Of a stretch of 64,000 nt of DNA, positions 50,457 through 59,042 are shown piece after piece. How positions within the stretch are numbered: position 1 is the stretch's first letter; each line of letters opens with the position of its first letter. The position numbers and the translations under genes were made by a program. The DNA is from an uncultured Chloroflexia bacterium (GTDB taxonomy: Bacteria > Chloroflexota > Anaerolineae > Anaerolineales > UBA4823). Location of the stretch: contig CAWBYY010000011.1 in the NCBI GenBank assembly GCA_963793095.1, positions 277,034 through 341,033 of the forward strand. The letters are read 5' to 3'. The notes beneath the pieces are model-generated. The model was not told the origin of the DNA. It saw nothing but the letters and a program-made list of their open reading frames with translations, and searched no databases.

Positions 50457-51368
50457 CTACTGGATTTCGATGCCCCTTTCAAGCGGGTCCATTAATGCAA
50501 TCAATCCAATCGCCCCGATGTCCGCAAAGAGCAGCGGGGCCAGGAAAGGGGCGCCCCGGATGAAACGTTCTCCGACAATAACCCCGCTGGCGGTCAGGTT
50601 TTCAGCGATATGCAGTCCCAGGCCGGTGACGCCTACTGCAATCATCGCCAGCATGGCTGCTGTGAAGGTAAAAATGTCGCTGCGGGAGGGGTTTTCAAGG
50701 GCGCCGAGAACAACCGCCACTACAGTGGCGAATACGCCAATTCCGGTTGGGACCCACAGCCAGGGATTTAAAAAATCTGTCCGGGCGTGATCGAGTACGC
50801 TGCTGATGACTGTCGCCAGGGATGCCATCCCGGTGATGAAGAAATATGCCCTGGTTTTACTGTATGGAAGGGAGATAATCCTGCCGCCGAGCAGAGCCAG
50901 GATCCCGCTGTCGGGCGGATTCTCAACCCAGGCTGCGCTGAGGCCCAGCAAGCCCACCAGCGAGAAGGTAAGCGGGCCGAGGACCGGCGGCGCCCAGACA
51001 AGCAGCGGCACAGAAAACTGGCTGCCAGGATCCGCATAGGGCAGGATCGCCCGGACTGTGTGAAAATAAGCTCCCAGCAGGCCGACCAGGATGCTGGCAA
51101 GGAATACAGTGGTGGCGATCACAGTCGCCAGCGGGCGGTTGCGCACAGCCAGCAGACCTGCCAGCAGCAGCAAAATTCCGGCGGTTGGCCCGAAAATTAT
51201 CGGAATCCATTCATATGGAACGATGCTTCCGCTGATCAGGTGGGCGATGAGTGTTTCCAGCCCGAGCAGCAGTAAATTGAGGGCAGCCATTAACAGCATC
51301 ATCTGGTCGCGGGTGAGCGGTATTTTTCTCTCTCTCACCCGGGGGAACATAACTGCGAGCGGGTACAT
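50457..51368 (-). CDS. Polytopic membrane protein of unknown function, partner of the octaheme cytochrome
   Basis: ATG at 51368 is 2 nt after the cytochrome stop (MYPLAVMF..). Roughly 8 predicted hydrophobic helices. The track ORF extends to 51530 only because of overlap. Confidence 0.6.
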   Translation of the reverse strand: MYPLAVMFPRVRERKIPLTRDQMMLLMAALNLLLLGLETLIAHLISGSIVPYEWIPIIFGPTAGILLLLAGLLAVRNRPLATVIATTVFLASILVGLLGAYFHTVRAILPYADPGSQFSVPLLVWAPPVLGPLTFSLVGLLGLSAAWVENPPDSGILALLGGRIISLPYSKTRAYFFITGMASLATVISSVLDHARTDFLNPWLWVPTGIGVFATVVAVVLGALENPSRSDIFTFTAAMLAMIAVGVTGLGLHIAENLTASGVIVGERFIRGAPFLAPLLFADIGAIGLIALMDPLERGIEIQ

Positions 51369-51370
51369 AA

Positions 51371-52654
51371 TTAATTCGAAGGGCCTTCTTCGGCTTCCTG
51401 TAATTTTTCTTCGACCATCTCGCGCAGCTCTGCGAGGTCGTGCAGGACCTCGTATGCGCCGTGCCACTGCGAATAATCCGGGCCCTGCATCCAGACCCCG
51501 AATTTGGCGGTGCGCCCCCAGTGGTGCCACAGGTTGAAGAAGGTGAAGTCTATCGTCTCATCGAAGGGCTCGGAAGTCAGCAGCCCCTGGTCCCTCAGAG
51601 GCTGGATGATATCCTGGCTCTCCACCACCCATTCGTTAACCCTTTCAGTGGCTTTATCAGCTGCCGGGTAGAAGTCATCAATAAAGGTTTGTGAGTGGCA
51701 TTCCAGGCATACTCCCTGCATGCGGACTTTGTTGTCCTGCCAGGCTGGTCTGCGGGTGCTTACCGGAGCAAAAAGGTACCAGGTCAGCCGGTCGCCGATG
51801 TCGTGAGATGTACCGCTTGTGCCAAATCCGCTCATATGGCAGATTGCGCAGGTGGGGGCCGGGAAGTCCTCGACAGTCAGAGTGCCAGGTTCCGCCTCCC
51901 AGTTCCAGGTATATCCCATGGTATTGTAGGCAATTCCGTGAGGGGACTCGATATATATCTCGTACTGCGGGTGGTCGGGGCCGATATGGCAGTAGTTGCA
52001 GGTTTCCGGCTTTCGGGCCTGTTCCAGGCTGAATTCATGCCTGAGATGGCACATCTGGCACTGGCCGGGAGAACCATCCACCCCGGGTTTACCTATATCG
52101 TGGCAGGCCTCGCAGGTGAAGCGGGTCATCGCTTCGCCTTCAAGCCTGTGAATGTCGTTGCGGGATTTATCCGGCGAATAGCTTCCTTCCGGTATGGCTT
52201 CGTACATTGCAAGCAGCTCCGGGGACAGGTCTTCGGAGCCTGCATAGGCTACATAAGCCGGTATGCTGTGACGGCTCTGGTGGAATTGGGCCACTTCAGC
52301 AGCGTGGCATTTCTGGCACATTGTGGTTGTGGGCGAATTCAGGACGTGGGTGCCCTCGTGTTCAATCGCGCCGGGGTAGTCCGCCGCCACTTCGTGGCAG
52401 TCCTGGCAGGCAACCTCGGCAGCCGCCATTGAACTGTGGCTGTACTGTTCGATAATGCCCGGTGAGGTTTTGCGGTGGCAGATAACGCATTCGTTATCGC
52501 TGTTGGCGAGCACATCAATTTCTTCAGTCTCGACCGGCGTGCCTGCCCTCCCGATCGCCATGATGATCAAAGCTGCTCCCAGCACAACAATCACCGCAAC
52601 CAGTCCGATTATGAGCGCTTTTAAAAATCCTCTGCTGTCCGAACCTTCACTCAT
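51371..52654 (-). CDS. Octaheme c-type cytochrome, hydroxylamine-oxidoreductase (HAO)-family-like, N-terminal membrane anchor
   Basis: Eight CxxCH motifs (CVICH, CQDCH, CQKCH, CEACH, CQMCH, CNYCH, CAICH, CLECH), an N-terminal TM helix and an HAO-like C-terminal helical region (FFNLWHHWGRTAKFG). ATG at 52654 after GGAG. Confidence 0.8.
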   Translation of the reverse strand: MSEGSDSRGFLKALIIGLVAVIVVLGAALIIMAIGRAGTPVETEEIDVLANSDNECVICHRKTSPGIIEQYSHSSMAAAEVACQDCHEVAADYPGAIEHEGTHVLNSPTTTMCQKCHAAEVAQFHQSRHSIPAYVAYAGSEDLSPELLAMYEAIPEGSYSPDKSRNDIHRLEGEAMTRFTCEACHDIGKPGVDGSPGQCQMCHLRHEFSLEQARKPETCNYCHIGPDHPQYEIYIESPHGIAYNTMGYTWNWEAEPGTLTVEDFPAPTCAICHMSGFGTSGTSHDIGDRLTWYLFAPVSTRRPAWQDNKVRMQGVCLECHSQTFIDDFYPAADKATERVNEWVVESQDIIQPLRDQGLLTSEPFDETIDFTFFNLWHHWGRTAKFGVWMQGPDYSQWHGAYEVLHDLAELREMVEEKLQEAEEGPSN

Positions 52655-52721
52655 TTTGGATTCTCCAAACAATTGTATTAATGTTTTCCCAGTATTCCCC
52701 TAATATTATTTTAATGCTTCT

Positions 52722-52740
52722 GATTTGTAAAGTACAAATC
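52722..52740. promoter_or_regulatory. Perfect 8-3-8 palindrome, candidate operator upstream of the cytochrome operon
   Basis: GATTTGTA-AAG-TACAAATC, about 70-85 nt upstream of the ATG at 52654. Confidence 0.45.
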
Positions 52741-52783
52741 GATATTATGATTGGACACGATTGCAATCTGGGAGATCGGCGAA

Positions 52784-53900
52784 CTATTTAACCACCAAAT
52801 CGTGGTCAAACCCGGTCAGAAGAAGCGGGTCGCCGTCTGTGACAACCAGGATATCCTCGATGCGGATCCCGAATTTTCCCGGAAGGTAAACCCCCGGTTC
52901 AACCGAAAAGACCATACCCGGGGCAAGAACTGTCTGGCTGGTTGAAGTCACCCAGGGCGGTTCGTGGCCCTCCAGGCCAAGCCCGTGCCCTGTCCGGTGG
53001 ACAAAATACTGGTCAAGGCGGTTTCTCCTGAGGGAGGGCGCGGGCTGCCCGGTCGACATTTGAGGCGGTGCTTCCGGACAGCGCGGCCGCTCTCCCGGCC
53101 ACATTGGCATCAAGTACAGCCTCGTAGGCCTCTGAAACTTCCTGCGGGGGGTCACCCAGGCAGACCATCCTGGTGATGTCGGACTTATATCCCCTGAGCG
53201 TCGCCCCGATGTCAAGGATGACCGGTTCGCCTGTTTTCAACACCCGGTCGCTGGTCTGGTGGTGAGGGAAAGCGCCGTTGGGCCCGGACGCAACCAGGCT
53301 GAAATCAACTTTTTCGGCGCCATTATCGTAGAAAAAATTAGCAATCTGGTTAGCCACCTGCCTTTCAGTGGCTCCGGGAACACATGCATCTATACCTGCC
53401 TGCATGGCTCTGTCTGCCAGCGCCGCCGAACGGGCCAGTATATCGATTTCATCCTGGGATTTGATAATTCTAAGGCTGGAAATGATCTCCCCGGCCGGCA
53501 GCGATCTTACCGGCAGGATTTTACTCTGGACCAGCAGCAGGTGCTCAGCCCGCATGCTGTTATCCGCCGCCAGGACTATACTGGATGGGAGCGCCAGCTG
53601 GCTGAGGGCGGCATCGATCGCATCCAGGGGACCGTGTTCATCCGCCCACCGTCTAACAACCAGGCCGGTATGGGCTTCAACCTGGTCGGCATTGAGGTCA
53701 GGCACAACCAAACTGAAACCATTCTGGCTTACCAGCAGCGCGCAGAAACGCTCGTCCATCATCGGGGCAAAACCGGTCAAGTAGCGCATGTTGGCGGTCG
53801 GGGCGATAAGGGTTAGATCGACCTCGGACCGGATCATTATTTCCTGCAGGCGTACAATCCGTTCTTGAAAGACAGCGGTAACCTTCATGGTAATGTTCAC
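52784..53900 (-). CDS. M24-family Xaa-Pro peptidase, one frame break
   Basis: ORF 53013..53900 (N-terminal and start of the pita-bread fold) plus ORF 52784..53215 (HRTGHGLGLEGHEPP, VEPGVY, IRIED). The break is near the G3 runs at 53032-53038. Confidence 0.8.
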
Positions 53901-54100
53901 GCTCCTCGTCTTGTGGATGGTTCGTTATTGTGATGGGATTTTATCGTTAAACTCCGGCGGGAAAGGGGCAGGAGCGATTTCTTAATCTTCCCGTGCAGCA
54001 GGACTTGGAGATGGGTGCAGACCTGGCGCCGTAATTAAATAGTGGCGGAATAACCCGGAAATAATTTTATCGTGGGTTGGATGGCAGCTAAACGAGGCGC

Positions 54101-55255
54101 CTAATAAATTGGAAGGGAGGGGTCGATTTCCTGCGCCCAGGCGTTGATGCCGCCTTTGAGGTTCTTCACCTTGCGAAAACCGGCGCTCACCATCAACTCG
54201 AGAGCTCTGGCGGAGCGTGTACCCGATTTACAGAACACCACCATTTCATCGGCGCTGTCCAGTTCAGAGAGGCGGGCGGCTAACTGTCCGAGCGGGATCA
54301 GGGTCGCCCCTTCCAGACTGGATATTTCCAGCTCGTGCGGTTCGCGCACATCAAGCAAGGTCAGGTGGTTTCCACCCTGCATGCTGTCGGAAAGCTGCCT
54401 GGCGCTGATATCCCAGCCCTCTCCGGCGGAACCCGTTTCGTGGTCGTGGGCCGGGACACCGCAGAATTCCTCGTAGTCTATCAATTGCGTGATTTCCGGT
54501 TCAGGACTGCAAACCTTACAGTTCGGGTTTTTTCGCAGGTTAACAAAATCGAAGGACATATCCAGGGCGTTAAAAACCAGCAGCCGGCCAATCATTGGCG
54601 TACCAATCCCCAGTATTATCTTCAGGGCTTCTGCCGCCTGCAGCGAGCCGATTATTCCGGGCAGAACCCCCAGGACGCCGCCCTCCGCGCACGAAGGGAC
54701 CAGCCCGGGCGGGGGCGGTTCGGGGAAAAGGCAGCGGTAACACGGACCTGAGCGGGCGTCGAATACGCTTAACTGCCCGTCGAACCGGAAAATCGAGCCG
54801 TAAACGTTCGGTTTGCCCAGTAGCACACACAGGTCATTGGTCAGGTAGCGGGTTGGGAAGTTGTCGGTCCCGTCAATGACCAGGTCATAATCCGATGCGA
54901 TCTCAAACGCGTTTTCGGAAGTGAAAGGCTGGTTGTAAATATCGGCCTGGATTTCCGGGTTGATGTCGAGCATTCTGTCACGGGCGGATTCGACCTTTTT
55001 TACTCCCAGCGAAGATGTCCCGTGGATCACCTGGCGCTGCAAATTGGAAAAATCGACCACATCGTAATCCACTATACCGATCCGGCCGACGCCTGCCGCG
55101 GCCAGGTACATCAAAACAGGCGATCCCAGCCCGCCGGAGCCGATAACCAGGACTGAGGCGGTTTTCAATTTGCGCTGCCCTTCAAGGCCTACCTCCGGGA
55201 TCAGCAGATGGCGGGAATAGCGCAGTATTTCGGAATGAGATAAATCCGGGGACAT
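54101..55255 (-). CDS. moeZ: MoeB/ThiF-type adenylyltransferase fused to a rhodanese domain (MoeZ-like sulfur-carrier activating enzyme)
   Basis: GSGGLGSP nucleotide loop, CYRC/CKVC zinc motifs, C-terminal rhodanese with CKSGTRS. Confidence 0.85.
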   Translation of the reverse strand: MSPDLSHSEILRYSRHLLIPEVGLEGQRKLKTASVLVIGSGGLGSPVLMYLAAAGVGRIGIVDYDVVDFSNLQRQVIHGTSSLGVKKVESARDRMLDINPEIQADIYNQPFTSENAFEIASDYDLVIDGTDNFPTRYLTNDLCVLLGKPNVYGSIFRFDGQLSVFDARSGPCYRCLFPEPPPPGLVPSCAEGGVLGVLPGIIGSLQAAEALKIILGIGTPMIGRLLVFNALDMSFDFVNLRKNPNCKVCSPEPEITQLIDYEEFCGVPAHDHETGSAGEGWDISARQLSDSMQGGNHLTLLDVREPHELEISSLEGATLIPLGQLAARLSELDSADEMVVFCKSGTRSARALELMVSAGFRKVKNLKGGINAWAQEIDPSLPIY

Positions 55256-55552
55256 TTAAGGATCCATATGGATGGGCCTTGATCCGCCGGCGATACTTGG
55301 AAGAATCATCAGGCGGTCGTTTTCGCCCAGCCGCGTTTCAAGCCCCTCCAGGTCATTGATATTATCTTCATTCAGGAACAGGTTAATGAAAGGGCGCAGG
55401 GCTCCTTCATCATTAAAAATGTGTTGTTTCATTTCCGGGTACTGCTCCACCAGGTCGTCCATTGCTTCGGATACGGTTGACCCGCAGAGTGTGATTTCAC
55501 TCTGCCCGGCGGTGTAGTTCCTCAATGGTGTGGGTATTCGTAAATTTGGCAT
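55256..55552 (-). CDS. cysO: MoaD/ThiS-family sulfur carrier (CysO-like) with an 8-residue extension after the Gly-Gly
   Basis: MPNLRIPTPLRNYT...LPSIAGG-SRPIHMDP, 98 aa. The internal ATG of track ORF 55256..55729 was chosen by family length. The stop abuts the moeZ start. Confidence 0.75.
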   Translation of the reverse strand: MPNLRIPTPLRNYTAGQSEITLCGSTVSEAMDDLVEQYPEMKQHIFNDEGALRPFINLFLNEDNINDLEGLETRLGENDRLMILPSIAGGSRPIHMDP

Positions 55553-55613
55553 TGATTTACTCGAAATTGAACAGGATACAGGTTTTATTTTGGTATATAA
55601 ATATACTCCATTT

Positions 55614-55904
55614 TCAGCAGCCTGCTCGCTTGACGACAGATTCACAGGAGGAAGCAGGCCATATTTCGATCCTGCCAGCCTGTTTAAAAGGCTGCATAAA
55701 ACCTTCAATTTGGGCGGGGTTATCAGCATCCATAATCAGCACAAAGGTGTGTCTGTCATCCAGGACCGCCTCGCTGAGTATCTGCAGGCCGAATTTTTCA
55801 GCGTTTGCTCTATCGATGTGCTTCATAAGCATTTCCCCCTGCTGGGGGTCTTTTGCCGGACATGCCTCCGGATTGTGCTGGTGCTGTACAAAATAAAGCG
55901 ACAT
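55614..55904 (-). CDS. Small conserved-looking hypothetical protein (96 aa) inside the cysteine operon
   Basis: Intact GC-rich ORF between mec and cysO. Cys at ..PEACPAKDP.. and ..SSCESVVKRAGC-stop. Confidence 0.5.
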   Translation of the reverse strand: MSLYFVQHQHNPEACPAKDPQQGEMLMKHIDRANAEKFGLQILSEAVLDDRHTFVLIMDADNPAQIEGFMQPFKQAGRIEIWPASSCESVVKRAGC

Positions 55905-55931
55905 AGTAAAACTCCTCTGGCGGGGATGAGA

Positions 55932-56375
55932 TCAAGTCCCGGACACGATTTCCGAAATATGGATTGGCTCTTCATTGAAGTGCTGGCGGTCCTCTGAAAG
56001 GCGCCACGACCGGCTGCCAGCCGCTTTTCCACCATTAACGCTGGTAATCATGTAAGAAAACCAGGGCAGCGCCCACTGGCGGTCGAATTCTGAAGGCTGG
56101 TCCGGGTGATCGGGATGGGAGTGAAAAACTCCAAAAACATCCATGCTGCGGGCTGCAGCCTCCTTTTCGCCTCGCAGCAGATCCTGGGGGGAAATCAGAT
56201 AACGGTTTCGCCTGGTTTCCACCCGGCTGGTATTGGTCAATTCAAGCACAGCCTGTACCTGGCGTGTCTCTCCGTTAACCTGTCCAATCAACAGGCCGGC
56301 GCCTTCTTCTGGGTAAGTATTCTCGGCGTGTTTTTCTATCCTAGTAAGGATGTCTCTGGTCAGTATTATTGTCAT
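55932..56375 (-). CDS. mec: JAMM/MPN+ metalloprotease (Mec-like)
   Basis: JAMM motif HSHPDHPDQPSEFD plus an upstream EEGAG glutamate. Confidence 0.85.
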   Translation of the reverse strand: MTIILTRDILTRIEKHAENTYPEEGAGLLIGQVNGETRQVQAVLELTNTSRVETRRNRYLISPQDLLRGEKEAAARSMDVFGVFHSHPDHPDQPSEFDRQWALPWFSYMITSVNGGKAAGSRSWRLSEDRQHFNEEPIHISEIVSGT

Positions 56376-56402
56376 CAGGTTGTTGAGATTCCAGTATCGT
56401 GC

Positions 56403-57359
56403 TTATAGCTGCTGGTCCTTCCAGATGTTTTTATCGCTGAGGTATTTATAACCTGCGTCTGGAAAAACCGTGACTATCAGGCCTTGCTCCAGTTCCCGGG
56501 CGACTTGAAAGGCAGCCGCCGCGGCCGCCCCGGAGGATACACCGACGAATAAACCTTCCTCGCGTGCCAGCCGGCGCACCATATTGTGAGCCTGCTCGGT
56601 TGAAACGGTTTTAATCCTGTCGGGCAGATCCGGGTCGTAGATTTCTGGCAGGATGGTTGACCCCAGGTGCTTTAATCCTTCCAGGCCATGCAGGGCGTTA
56701 TCCGGTTGCAAAGCGATCACACGTACCTCGGGTTTGTACTGGCGCAGGAAGCGAGTCACACCGGTTATCGTCCCGGTTGTGCCCATCCCAGCGATGAAGT
56801 GGGTGATTTCCCCACCGGTCGCCTGGTAAATCTCGGGTCCGGTTGTATTAAAATGGGCCAGCCAGTTGGCTGGATTATCGTACTGGTTTGCGTAGAAATA
56901 GAGATCCGGGTGTTCTTCGAAAAGCTGGCGGGCTGTCCGGATTGCCCCGTCGGAACCTTCCAGGGGGTCGCTCAGAATCAGCTCAGCGCCCAGGGCGCGC
57001 ATAATGGTCACTCTTTCGGGGCTGGCGTTAGCCGGCATTACAAGGGTGGCGGGAATCCCCAGGGAAGCGCAGAAGGTGGAATAAGAGATGCCCATGTTCC
57101 CTGAGGTAGAATCAAGCAGTCGTTTTCCCGTGACCAGAGAACCGTCGGCGAGAGCTGTGCGGATGATATTCAGAGCGGGGCGGTCCTTTACCGAGCCAGC
57201 CGGGTTAAACCACTCCGCCTTTGCATATACTCTGACACGCGGCGAGAGCTGGCGGGTGAGGTTGTTCAGGGGCAGCAGGGGGGTATCCCCGACGTTGGTT
57301 TCGAGCCCGTCGAGCGGGCGGATCGCTATATCCAGATTTTGAATTGCACTTATTTCCAT
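56403..57359 (-). CDS. cysM: Cysteine synthase B-type (CysM, thiocarboxylate-dependent)
   Basis: PLP lysine motif NPAGSVKDRPA and GTTGT loop. Its context with cysO/mec/moeZ matches the CysO-dependent pathway. Confidence 0.85.
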   Translation of the reverse strand: MEISAIQNLDIAIRPLDGLETNVGDTPLLPLNNLTRQLSPRVRVYAKAEWFNPAGSVKDRPALNIIRTALADGSLVTGKRLLDSTSGNMGISYSTFCASLGIPATLVMPANASPERVTIMRALGAELILSDPLEGSDGAIRTARQLFEEHPDLYFYANQYDNPANWLAHFNTTGPEIYQATGGEITHFIAGMGTTGTITGVTRFLRQYKPEVRVIALQPDNALHGLEGLKHLGSTILPEIYDPDLPDRIKTVSTEQAHNMVRRLAREEGLFVGVSSGAAAAAAFQVARELEQGLIVTVFPDAGYKYLSDKNIWKDQQL

Positions 57360-57401
57360 CTAAATACTCCAGAAAGTTAATTAAAACGACCAGCAGGTAA
57401 C

Positions 57402-57640
57402 AAAAAAGGGTGGTTTCCGGCGCATTCTGTCCTGGTGCACAGACAGTCACTGCGCTCCACTTCCGCATGAGGGAGCGGGGAAGCGACCACCCTTCATCAA
57501 CTTGCTGGTCAGATCAGATAAACTTTTTCCCTGTTTATCTTAACGTGGCGAGAGGGTGATCAGAATCCCCGCTTCAAACACGTACAATTTTTCATAAAAA
57601 ATTTTCTCCGGTTTTTACCAATAATTATGATAAAGTAGAT
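57402..57640 (-). promoter_or_regulatory. Structured 5' leader of the cysM operon with alternative helices and an intrinsic terminator (unclassified riboswitch or attenuator candidate)
   Basis: Minus strand: segment B AAGGGUGGUC (57485-57494) can pair with A GAUCACCCU (57553-57561) or with C ACCACCCUU (57406-57414). C is followed by a U6 run. An extra helix joins AGCGGGGA (57566-57573) and UCCCCGCU (57474-57481). Confidence 0.5.
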
Positions 57641-57644
57641 ATAT

Positions 57645-57672
57645 ATTATATATAAAGTCGGGTATTTGTCAA
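57645..57672 (-). promoter_or_regulatory. Near-consensus sigma70-type promoter for the cysM operon
   Basis: TTGACA (57667-57672, overlapping the kamA-like stop codon), a 16-nt spacer, then TATAAT (57645-57650). Confidence 0.6.
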
Positions 57673-59042
57673 GCGTTATCAGAGGCGGAGGCGCTTTGGT
57701 CCTCCACCTGAGGGCTCTCTTCCTCTCCCGGGCCGATGCCGAGCGGCTGCCATTTTTTTTCGTCCCTTAAACGGTGCTGGATGCCGCCGCGCTCGTGGAC
57801 AACATCAAATCCCTCCGGCTTAATAAATAACTGGTCCCCTTCCAGCAGGGCGGTGATGCCCTGCTGGCCCGGCTCGGGCCTCTGTTGTCCCCGGAATCTG
57901 GCTTTGAGGGCGGGCGTATAATCGACCGGCTCCTCATAAGTAGTGATAAATCCCTCGAAATTACGCAGGATAATCTTGTGGTCCGACATGCTCAGCATAT
58001 AGTTGGGCGAGACCGGGATTTTGCCGCCCCCTCCCGGTGCATCGATAATATACTGGTGGACCGCAAAGCCGGAAGTGTGGCCGCGCAGCCCCTCCATTAT
58101 TTCGATTCCCTTCGCGACCGCGGTCCGGAAATGGCCTGCTCCTTCCACCAGGTCGCACTGGTAAAGGTAATAGGGCCTCACCCGGATTCTGACTAATTTC
58201 TGGACGAGTTCGCGCTGGATATGGACATCATCATTTACACCAGCCATGAGGACTGCCTGGTTTCCAAGCGGTATCCCAGCCCTGGTCAGGCGGTCGCAGG
58301 CTGCTTCCAGTTCTGCGGAGATCTCATTTGGGGAGTTGACATGGATATTCAGCCAGAATGGATGGTATTTCTGGAGCATATCCGTAAGTTCGTCTGTGAC
58401 GCGCATAGGAAGGAATACCGGCACCCGTGAACCTATCCTCAGGATTTCGATATGAGGGATCTCTCGCAGGCGGCTGAGGATCTCCTCCAGAATACGCGGC
58501 GCCAGGACGAGCGGATCTCCTCCGGATAACAGCACATCCCTGATCTGGGGAGTGGCGCGGATATATTCAAGCTGCATTTCAAATTCTTCACGCGAGAAGG
58601 TCGCCGAAGGATCGCCCACGATTCGAGAGCGGGTGCAGTACCGGCAGTACGAGGCGCACTGGGTAGTTACGAGCATCAAAACCCGGTCAGGGTAGCGGTG
58701 CACCAGACCCGGCACCGGCGAATGCCGGTCTTCCGCCAGCGAGTCCTCCATCATGGATGTGAAAGGGACCATCTCGGCCGCGGTTGGGACAACCTGCTTG
58801 CGGATCGGGTCATCCGGGTCTTCCGGATCGATGAGGGAGATAAAATAGGGTGTGATATCGACCCGAAATAAATGGGCAGCCGAAAGAGCCTTGCGTTCAC
58901 TTTCGGTGAGAGGCAGTACTTTTTCAAATTCCTCGACGGTGTTTATGCGGTTGCTAAGCTGCCAGCGCCAGTTGTTCCACTTTTCATCGGGAACATCTGC
59001 AAAATAAGGTGCCCTCCTGGAAGGAAATTTTGAATTATTCAT
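57669..59042 (-). CDS. KamA-family radical-SAM aminomutase (lysine 2,3-aminomutase-like)
   Basis: 457 aa: CASYCRYCTRSR radical-SAM cluster motif, PLP-binding region and an acidic C-terminal tail. Confidence 0.85.
   Translation of the reverse strand: MNNSKFPSRRAPYFADVPDEKWNNWRWQLSNRINTVEEFEKVLPLTESERKALSAAHLFRVDITPYFISLIDPEDPDDPIRKQVVPTAAEMVPFTSMMEDSLAEDRHSPVPGLVHRYPDRVLMLVTTQCASYCRYCTRSRIVGDPSATFSREEFEMQLEYIRATPQIRDVLLSGGDPLVLAPRILEEILSRLREIPHIEILRIGSRVPVFLPMRVTDELTDMLQKYHPFWLNIHVNSPNEISAELEAACDRLTRAGIPLGNQAVLMAGVNDDVHIQRELVQKLVRIRVRPYYLYQCDLVEGAGHFRTAVAKGIEIMEGLRGHTSGFAVHQYIIDAPGGGGKIPVSPNYMLSMSDHKIILRNFEGFITTYEEPVDYTPALKARFRGQQRPEPGQQGITALLEGDQLFIKPEGFDVVHERGGIQHRLRDEKKWQPLGIGPGEEESPQVEDQSASASDNA

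Noticed and set aside
55611-55616. The TGA ending the small ORF 55614..55904 (..KRAGC-TGA) as a possible penultimate selenocysteine, in the style of a GCU motif.
   Set aside because: The 19 codons after the TGA are AT-rich and unlike the coding sequence here. The only nearby hairpin is a short all-A/U stem, and no SECIS-like GC stem is present. An ordinary stop codon is more parsimonious.
57402-57640. Assigning the cysM leader to the T-box or SAM-I riboswitch families.
   Set aside because: Only a GGGUGGU core and a GAA-UGC-G element are T-box-like, and they occur in the wrong order. The SAM-I core motifs (GAGGGA, GCAACC, GUGCNAA context) are absent. It is left unclassified.
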